A stretch of 22,131 nt of DNA from Tubiluchus corallicola. Taxonomy: Eukaryota; Animalia; Priapulida. Below the pieces are notes generated by a model. That model saw only the letters and a list, made by a program, of their open reading frames with translations, made no database searches and was not told where the DNA came from. Positions within the stretch are counted from its first letter, which is position 1, and every line of letters begins with the position of its first letter. This document shows, in pieces, positions 11,386 through 22,131 of this stretch. The stretch covers positions 1-22,131 of the forward strand of contig JAQGDQ010001889.1 of the NCBI GenBank assembly GCA_030141605.1, in the 5' to 3' direction. The translations under genes were made by a program, and so were the position numbers.

Positions 11386-12466
11386 GATAATTCTGCTTAT
11401 TTATTTCATTATTTCAATGTGTTTCATAACAGCTAAAAAATTCTACCACTTTCTTTGAAATGCAAGTTTTTCAGACAAATTTCAAGATTCATTTATTCCA
11501 CATAACTTTTTACACAAATGAAATTTTTTTCTAAAGTTTTTTTTTTCCTGTACATTAGGTGTAAGAGGTAATGCTACCAAAAAACAAATACGGACTGTAA
11601 ATTTCATTAAAGAAGTTACATATCATACTCTAACTTAATTGTATATATTCACATTTCTTGCTAATCTTGTTAATTAATGTTATTTTGTTTGTTGATCTGT
11701 TTGTTTATTTGATGCGATGCACCAAGAGTACAAATAAAAATTATATATATACCACTACAGATAACATACTCAAAGTAAAATAATGTATATTTAAAATTTA
11801 ACAATTATGTAATTACAATTCAACAGTGTAAATAATGCATAGAAAGTTACAATAATGCTTTGTGCTACATCATCTACGAGGTTACTAGTCCAAAAAGAAA
11901 CAGTCCAAGAACGCAACCCCAAGGCATCCCATAAAATATTAAATAAACTTTTGAACGGATGGTATGCTGTTCTTGATGGTAGCAGGGCCTAAGATTAAGA
12001 CCTCTAGAGGCCCTAGTCGGCTAGTCCTTGAGTATTGGAAGACTATGGTACCTCTATATATACATATCTAATTCAGAGTAAACTGCAAAATAAAATTTTG
12101 TCTATCGAAATGCAAAAAAATTCCATTAAAATTTGTTTACTGATAAAGTACACACAGTCAAAAGCAACATTATGCGGTTTTCAGTATCACCACATTTTCG
12201 TAAGCTTTAGCACACTAGAAATGTACTATGACACATTATTATCATCAGCTGGGCAGTGAGAAGTTCAGGCAGATCAGTAGTCGATACCCGTCATAATTGT
12301 AAACAAACACAGAAACCGCAACACATGTTCGCGTATATTTTACTTTTCGGTAATTATTCGATTTGAAAAAGAAATTTATGCGGGCCCGTTGGTTTGAAGA
12401 AACCAAAAAACTTGAAATTTAGTTTTAAGATTTTATTCTGAAATGCCTACATAAACAGTGAAGTAG

Positions 12467-13102
12467 TGTCATGTTGAAAAGCAGAAAACAAAGTGACGAG
12501 AACTACAGGTGAAATCATTTAGGTGTGAAAACAGGTTTAGAGATTGTGCATTCATAAAGACTGTAGAAGCCAATGAAAATTTAAACTGTAAAGAGAAAGA
12601 TTTAACAATTTTAACAAGAACACCCGAAGGTGGCAGCACTACGCAAAACTCAAAAGAGTATGATGACAATAGAACATAAATTTAAATTTAGAGTAATTAA
12701 AATGATTTTCTTCTGTCCACCCGTCTTCCCCTGGAGCCCTACGCACATGCTTATCTTCCTTAATGATAAACCAGGAACTGCATGGAAGACATTTAAAACG
12801 TTAAGATTTCACAGTACAAACGCCTTGATGTAACTGAGTTGCTCCTCCAACAGAAAAACGCTGCCCAACTATAAATACACAGTAACCCATCCTGAGTCTG
12901 AGCTGAAATACATGATCTCACCTTTTGCTTCCCAACTCTCAAGAACCACAAGTGCAAGCCAATCTAAGCCGCGTGGAGCTTGCATAAACATGAGAAGCGT
13001 GGCAACTAACAGGCCGCTTCTGGAAGAATCCCAGACATTCCCCTGGGTGCGTTCTGGCCGGATCGCTTTCGTTGCTTGTGTAAGATTACACCACTGTTGA
13101 CA
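12467..13102 (+). mobile_element. Possible solo LTR
   Basis: Bounded by TGTCA...TGACA, with 4-bp flanks GTAG/ATAG (one mismatch). Internal TATA-like CTATAAATA at ~12870. No convincing coding frame. Confidence 0.35.
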
Positions 13103-13699
13103 ATAGCGGCCACAGAACGGAAGTTGTAACGCCAACAGGGGGCGCAGCAACAGCAGTCAAATATAACACTTCATTTTTCAAATCTTTTTTGAGATTTTGA
13201 GTTTGAAAAATTGTGAACAGAAAACGAAGTTCAGTATTTACTTGGAAACAAAAGCGACGTAAGACCTTGTGGCAATACCGGGCCTTGTAACACGCGAACA
13301 AATGCTGTAAAAATATTTGTACGCCATTTTTGGGGATTGTGAACTATGTGAAACACGTAGATTTTATCAGAAAGAATCATGATGTTTTGACTAAGGAATC
13401 TTTATTGATGACAATCGCTAAGCGAGTTTTACTATTTTAGTTTAGTTATAACAGCCTATTGTGTATATGTGTATTTATGTGTTAATATTCTAAGTATGTA
13501 AATGCATTTGTCCATTTTTAATGTTAATGCATTTTAAATATTCAATAAATTATTATTATTAAATGAAGACCGGACGATTGTTTAGACTCAATCTCTTTTT
13601 AATTTACTGTCCAAAACATACATTTTCTTGCCTATAAAAGTTAACAGTTGTTCCTTATATTTGAATAATTAGCTTAGAAATTTAATTAACGGCAACCGA

Positions 13700-13935
13700 A
13701 CACAGCTATTGCTTACGTCAGAAACTAATCACAGTTTGTGCAATGGCAGGCATCTTGCCTTGCGCATCAAGCACATTTGCATAAGTGTTACAGAACTGTT
13801 TAAACGCACAATGTCACGAAAAATGGGCTCTATGTCATATGACGTCAGAAACTAGCACTCCAGTGGTTATCACGGTATCGCCTTCTATTTGTCGGGCACG
13901 CGCATGCGACAAAAAAGCGCCATTGCCAATCTTAG
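13700..13935 (+). promoter_or_regulatory. Putative proximal promoter of the single-Ig gene
   Basis: TTACGTCA (13713-13720), perfect CRE TGACGTCA (13840-13847), NRF1-like GCGCATGCG (13900-13908) and CCAAT (~13927) lie directly upstream of a short exon with a donor at 13992. Confidence 0.5.
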
Positions 13936-13991
13936 TACATTCATTGAGCCCCGCGTAGCTTTAAAAGTTTAACAAAATTTGAGTATCCTAG
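13935..13991 (+). other. Putative non-coding first exon of the single-Ig gene (5' end approximate)
   Basis: Ends TAG|GTAATT. Splicing to the acceptor at 14234 puts an in-frame TAG two codons before the ATG (TAG ACC ATG G). Confidence 0.5.
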
Positions 13992-14106
13992 GTAATTATT
14001 ATTTAATCTAAGCTTTGCTTTAAAAAAAGCTATTGTAGTTTTCAATATTTTAGAGCCTTCTTTATACTGAACTAATGTTTACACAATCATCCGGTTTTCC
14101 TTTAAC

Positions 14107-14209
<103 letters not shown>

Positions 14210-14237
14210 TAAATTTCTATACCACTTTTTTCAGACC

Positions 14238-14321
14238 ATGGCAGCACCACACTGGGAGAAGAGTCTCACACCATCAATGAACAATATTTTAGAGGGTACA
14301 GCGACCATTTTTACCGCGAAG
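14238..14321 (+). CDS. Single I-set Ig domain protein, first coding exon
   Basis: ttttttcag|ACCATGG is a strong Kozak context. Translation MAAPHWEKSLTPSMNNILEGTATIFTAK fits I-set A/A'/B strands (P-x-aromatic-xxxL...EG). Donor AAG|GTAATT at 14322. Confidence 0.85.
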
Positions 14322-14474
14322 GTAATTTTCGATAGCTAAAAACTGTTAAAGAAATAAATGTCAATTTTGTTTGTTTAGCTTTGAAAATTAGCGATCGGCG
14401 ACTTTTAATAATGTTAAAAACAAGCAACTACTTTGGCCAATGGCATAAAGATATTTTGGCTTGCTTTTGCACAG

Positions 14475-14613
14475 GTTGCCGGCGAGCCACGACCAGCAGT
14501 CGAAGTCTTCCACGATCAGGAAAAGATAGAACCCAACAAATTCGTAGATATAAAATATTTTGACGATGGAAACGTTAAAATTATTTTCCACAAAGCCAGC
14601 AGAGATGATGACG
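14475..14613 (+). CDS. Single I-set Ig domain protein, second coding exon
   Basis: Acceptor ttttgcacag ends at 14474 and donor GTAAGC starts at 14614. Translation VAGEPRPAVEVFHDQEKIEPNKFVDIKYFDDGNVKIIFHKASRDDD contains the I-set VxGxPxPxV motif. Confidence 0.88.
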
Positions 14614-14692
14614 GTAAGCAGTTTTTACGAGCCCTTGCGGGTTTACGCTACCTGGATCAGTAAATATTTAAAAGCTTAAAAGAAAGGCGCTA

Positions 14693-15246
14693 AACTCATA
14701 ACTGAATTTCGATTTGTTTGGGAGTTGTAGGTTTGCTTTGTGGAAACTTGTTTAAACCCCATTTTGCGTGCAGTTTTGACGTAAATATTTAAAAGCTTAA
14801 AAGGAAAGGTCCTAAGATTGAACCTTGAGGCGCGCCAAGAAATTTCTATTTTAACGTGCGTAACGTATTTAGTTTCAGCTATCATAGTGACCTAGAAAAA
14901 AATTCTATCTTCTTGCTTTTAATAGCTGGCTTAGTTACGTTATCGTTATCGTGTACAAAAGGGGCCTCAACATTGAAAACTTGAGCTCAGGTTTCGCTAA
15001 CTTCATTTGTAACTGTAAATACAAAATGTAAATTGGCGTGAACTACTCATAACTAATTTTCGATTTGTTTGGAAGTTGTAGGTTTGCTTTGTGGAAACTT
15101 GCTTAAACCCCATTTTGCGTGCAGCTTTGACGTAAATATTTACAAGCTTAAAAGGAAAGGTCCTAAGATTGAACCTTGAGGCACGCCAAGAAATTTCTAT
15201 TTTAGCGTGTGTAAACGTATTTAGTTTCAGCTATCATACTGACCTC
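14693..15246. repeat. ~350-bp-period tandem duplication in the last Ig-gene intron, with a third diverged copy at ~16362-16561
   Basis: Block ACTCATAACT..TTCGATTTGTTTGG.AGTTGTAGGTTTG...AAACCCCATTTTG.GTGC.G.TTTGACGT occurs at ~14693, ~15045 and ~16472. The segment ATAGCTG.CTTAGT...GGCCTCAACATTG...TTGGCGTG is shared by ~14922 and ~16363. Confidence 0.85.
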
Positions 15247-15789
15247 CAACAGTTATATCTTCTTGCTATTAATCGTCTCCAATATTTATTCTCTTCCGTA
15301 GAAGATGTAGTCAAAAGAGAATCAACAACCCCCTGTCTCAACCAAATTTTATTCTCTGTCTGTTTTGGTCTGTTCCTCAACTAGTCACAACACACGGTAT
15401 GGTCAAATGACCACAATTCGCAACATAAAGTTGACACTCCCAGCAGCTAAAGATAAAAAACAAACTTTTAATTTGTGTTGAATGCCAAGTTGGGATTAAC
15501 GTTTAAAACATTCGTTGCTATTGTAAAACTAATAAGCAAGCTAGCAAGTTTTTTTTCTTTTTTCTCCTCATCTCCTAAGTAATTGTTGCTCTTTCTCATA
15601 CTTACTTTTTCTCATAAATTTTTCTATTTTACACTTTTTTGATGCTTATTTTTTCTTTCCATACTCTCAGTTTTTTAACTTTACTCACTAACCTTGGTCA
15701 AATTCCCCTGTTAAAAAGACCCCCTTTGAAACTACTACATATAATAATCCTAATTACTGAATAATTGTATTGTTTTGTTTAGATTTTGG

Positions 15790-16059
15790 TATCCAACTTC
15801 ATTATTTTTTTGGATAATTTGTATCATTTATACTGTTTTCATTTGTATATTTTTCTTATTTGTTTTTGTTTTTGTTAATATTATCTGCAGCATCACTGTT
15901 AGTTTTAATATACTAATCTATTTATAAGAAAGGGCAGGAACTAGATGACCCCATGGTCCTTCCCTGCCCTCCTCCATGATTATAATTACTTAATATTTAC
16001 AAAACTTTTGATGTTAAACTAATTGGAGAAAATAAATGCTCTATGTCTATGTCTGTGTC
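15790..16059 (+). mobile_element. Probable LINE/SINE 3' terminus (stem-loop, AATAAA, short tandem tail); 5' boundary uncertain
   Basis: Inverted repeat AGGGCAGG (15931-15938) / CCTGCCCT (15963-15970) with an inner GACC/GGTC pair, AATAAA at 16031, and a (CTATGT)~3 tail. This organisation is typical of CR1/L2-group 3' ends. Confidence 0.45.
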
Positions 16060-16144
16060 ACGATCCTATGAGAAAAACCTTTCGTAGCCTCTTGTAACAA
16101 GTTTTTATAGTGAAAATTGAAATGCTTTAACTTTACATTTTCAG

Positions 16145-16233
16145 GCACTTACAAATTGGTAGCAAAGAATGAACATGGCGAATCGCACACAGAAGGTGAA
16201 TTACTTATAGAATTTGACCCAACGGAAGGTTAA
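16145..16233 (+). CDS. Single I-set Ig domain protein, last coding exon
   Basis: Acceptor cattttcag ends at 16144. Translation (G)TYKLVAKNEHGESHTEGELLIEFDPTEG* completes the DxGxYxxxAxNxxG motif across a phase-1 junction. TAA is at 16231-16233. Confidence 0.88.
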
Positions 16234-17183
16234 AGCGGATTGATCTTTCACCTCTGTAATTGCTAGTGAAGGTGTGCCATATTGCCAGAAATGAATCACT
16301 TGTAAATTAATAACAGCGACATGTAGGCCTAACTGAAGGCCTGAAATTCACTTATTTCCATTATAGCTGCCTTAGTAACATTTCTGTGTACAAGTAGGCC
16401 TCAACATTGTAGACTTGAGCTTAGATTTCAGCAAATTCATTTATGATTTTAAATTCAAATTGGCGTGCACTACTCGTAACTAAATTTCGATTTGTTTGGA
16501 AGTTGTAGGTTTGTTTTGTGGAAAACTTGTTTAAACCCCATTTTGTGTGCTGTTTTGACGTCACTAAATACTGCGTAACATCGCAATGCGGCCAGTTTTT
16601 GCTTTGTGTTTCTTTTACCAGGACATCCGGACATTTTTGACAACCATTTAATGCTGTAAAATTTCAACTATCCAGTTTGTTTGTGTTATTATAAAGCAAT
16701 AGCCATTCTTGCTGTAACATATCAGCAAAGCCTTTTGTAATTCAGGGATAATAATTATAATTATTATAAAGATGTTATAAACAGTTCTTCTAATTAAGTT
16801 GCATATTTTGAAAGTAGCTTGGTAGTCTTATAATTTATTTAAGTTTGTTTCTAGTTTTGGGTTTTTGTTGAGTACTGTCATTGGTGAATTCAGACAACCG
16901 TACACACACATAGAGCGTTTTAATTGGTGCTTGCCCAAGCTGAACTTGATTTCTTCTTTTTTCAAATCATCTCAGTTGTTGTCTGGATTCATCGAATCCT
17001 CAATTTTCAAATAACTATGATAACTACATTTGTTATAATAACATTCTGCATTTGATCTATTGTGATTTTTTCATAATTTTTGTTAATAAAATGTCGAAAT
17101 CCCTTGGCCAAGAAATCGATGAATTGTCTCATTTGTTACCGTATCCGTTATTGGTTCAATAAGCCTTTTCACAGTTCCAGCGA

Positions 17184-17737
17184 TTGATGATGATCGTGAA
17201 AGTGAAAGAAATATATGACATGTATTGTCTTCATTTCATGTATCAGTATCATAATTCACTACTTCCACCAGCTTTTCAGTCATACTTTAGTCCAGTTTCA
17301 AATCAACATGATCATTACACAAGATATTCAGTCGGAAACTATGTACTCCCCCTTCCAAAAACAAATATAATGAAACAGTCATCAAAATATAATGCTATTA
17401 AAATATGGTTATCAATTCCGCGTGAAATGAAAACTCTTAATCTTTATCAATTTAAAAAAGCATCAAAGAATTACCTACTACAACGGTATAATTAACTCAC
17501 AATTTTACCCATCCTGATCTTAAGTTACTAACAAAACTTATTTTGTTCTAATGTACGTTATAACTGATGAAAATGAAATGTTAATTGTCAATTGTTCCAC
17601 TTATCTGGACGAGGACTCGAAAGCTCAATGCCCCTTCCTCCTCCTCACAGTAACTCGCATAGTTTATTTACTTTTTTTTCAATGTAATATCAATTTATAT
17701 GTATGCTTGAGTTGCTGTGGAATATATAATTCAATTC
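17184..17737 (+). mobile_element. 5'-truncated CR1/L2-group LINE: ORF2 C-terminus and 3'UTR
   Basis: ORF 17184..17495 (FMYQYHNSLLPPAFQSYF...HDHYTR...KIWLSIPREMK...FKKASKNYLL) matches the LLP..F...F...H.Y.TR...WN.LP...FK pattern of L2/CR1-group ORF2 ends. An AT-rich UTR follows, ending ATAATTCAATTC. Confidence 0.8.
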
Positions 17738-17900
17738 GTGAAAAGGTCAAAGGTTAAGCGTACTAGACAAGGTATTTTAACATAGTAGACATAGTAAGAA
17801 TTTTAACAGTTAGCTAGAACCTTACCTAGTTCATTTTTTCTTGTTCCCAAATTAGATCCTGCTAGTAAATCACTCTACGCACAGAGTAAGCACAATTAGG

Positions 17901-18192
17901 TAAAGTCCACGTAAAACCTGAAGTTACTGAATTGAGGTAGCGGACAGCTTTACTTTACCCATATGTCATGTGATGGTTGTAGTTAAGACGCGTTACTGCA
18001 GTACACTTAACCTTTTACCTATAGCAACTGCAGTGTTTTGTATGAAGCATAATAATGAAGTAAAGTCCGCGTAAAACAACTGAAGTTACCGAACTGATGC
18101 GGCAGAAGGCTTTGCTTTACACACATGTCACGTGAGGCTTGTATTAAGACGCGTTGCTGTGGTACACTTAATCTTTGACCTACAGCAACTGC
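17901..18192. repeat. Diverged tandem duplication, 160-bp period, 2 copies
   Basis: TAAAGTCC.CGTAAAAC...TTAAGACGCGTT.CTG..GTACACTTAA..TTT.ACCTA.AGCAACTGC starts at 17901 and at 18061. Confidence 0.85.
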
Positions 18193-18561
18193 GCGTGCGC
18201 ACATCGATACTGTGAGAAGGCATATTGCGTTGACTGTTGATCATCGTAATTACCTACAAAACTTATAATTTACCAAACAAAAAAACTATATACAACGAAC
18301 AATTCCAGCTCTCGACTTTTCTTTGGTACATCAGAAAACTGAAGGACTAAATAAAGAGCTATAATTACCAAGAAGTTCCACTAAAGCGACGATAGATGAC
18401 GCTAGAAACAATTAAAACTACAATAGACAAGAAATTTCACATAGTCACCAATGCATTGTGAAGTTGATTATCATTTACATGAAGGTGTCTCAGTTCAAGA
18501 CCTTGTTATGATTTACTCAACAGTATAAGGTGCTAAAAATAAATAAGAACGGGTAAAAACC

Positions 18562-20020
<1,459 letters not shown>

Positions 20021-20627
20021 ATTAAAAAACGAATTAATTAATTAATAATTAACGACTTTACGACGCCCCAGGCTGATAGATCTGTCCCGCCCTACGTTAT
20101 GAATTTATGATTTATTATGTACTGAACTGATTGACAATTACCTGTTGTGTACTAGCGACACTATTAACAAGTTTTTACATTGTCATTGTTAGTCACGTGT
20201 ATATGAACAGCACTTATATACAAGCAGGCTAGGCAACTCAGCTGGCTAACCAACTTATAGTACAACAATTAGTACTTTGTACGTGTTCGTTGTGTGCCAC
20301 TTATATAGCATTAACGCTCAATAACTGTCTGTGGTTTGTTACACAATGCTTGTTTTACATGAAAATGAACGGATACACATTTTCCAGGGAGAATAAGATT
20401 TTTTTTTAAAAATTCGGCACCTAAAATGTGGCGCTCTCAAACTTTACTGGCGCCCTAGTCTATAGCCTAGTTATCCTATTGGCTGATACGAGCCTGCATA
20501 TACTGTACTTCAAAAATCACGCATACAATATATAATTCTTTTATACAGACTAGCGTAAAATGGTACATAATAGGTCACTTAAAAATCAGTTTTGTACTTT
20601 TCGACAAAATTAACAAAGGAATTCGAG

Positions 20628-21063
<436 letters not shown>

Positions 21064-21432
21064 ACTTTTGTTTTGTTGCATGTTGTGAAACGTCATAGAG
21101 ATTTTTAATAAAAATTTAATCTTACAGAATATACAATATGCGACAACGAACATGGCTAACGTAATAAATATTATTAATAAAGATAATTAATTAATTATGA
21201 GAGTCAGCATGCAAAACAGTTGGTTTCTGTCACTGCATGAGAAAGTATTTTGTAATCTGATCAGCTCGTCTGCCGGGTGTCAGAAACCACTATACAAGTT
21301 CAACTTCCTCTATACTTGTTTAAGAAACGTTTTTGTTTTCTTAAGCTTTCCAGAAACATGTACAAGAATAACACACAAGATTCTTCTGGAATATACGTGA
21401 ATGTATACATTTCCAAGACTGAAGTGCATACG

Positions 21433-22131
<699 letters not shown>

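Noticed and set aside
12869-13301. Minus-strand ORFs of 93 and 71 aa
   Set aside because: No family resemblance in the frames I translated; the region reads better as a non-coding repeat.
14433-14663. 76-aa ORF as a single-exon gene
   Set aside because: Only 14475-14613 is Ig-like and it is bounded by strong splice sites; the flanks are intronic.
17564-17590. CTGATGA...GAAA hammerhead ribozyme core-like motif
   Set aside because: I could not form stem I or a credible stem II/III around it; probably a chance match in an AT-rich LINE UTR.
20226-20496. Possible hAT-like MITE (CAGGCT...AGCCTG ends)
   Set aside because: Only 6 bp of inverted match and no convincing TSD.

Overview
This is AT-rich animal (probably invertebrate bilaterian) nuclear DNA, rich in introns and repeats. 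Most ORFs in the supplied track are artefacts of repeats. Two spliced genes can be rebuilt by hand, both on the + strand. (1) The last four coding exons of a cytosolic PAPS-dependent sulfotransferase (1819-1948, 3159-3253, 3782-3980, 5344-5453). Its final intron has a non-canonical GC donor and is made almost entirely of ~19 tandem 72-bp copies of a unit that begins with the donor junction itself. (2) An apparently complete small gene (5'UTR exon ending 13991; CDS 14238-14321, 14475-14613, 16145-16233) encoding a 103-aa stand-alone intracellular-type I-set immunoglobulin domain without the canonical Cys and Trp. The rest of the window holds a ~510-bp internally deleted RTE retroposon with an 18-bp TSD, several LINE fragments, a MITE with a 5-bp TSD, a possible solo LTR, minisatellites, local duplications and very long (CTA)n and (CT)n microsatellites. 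I found no CRISPR array, tRNA, rRNA or prokaryotic system.
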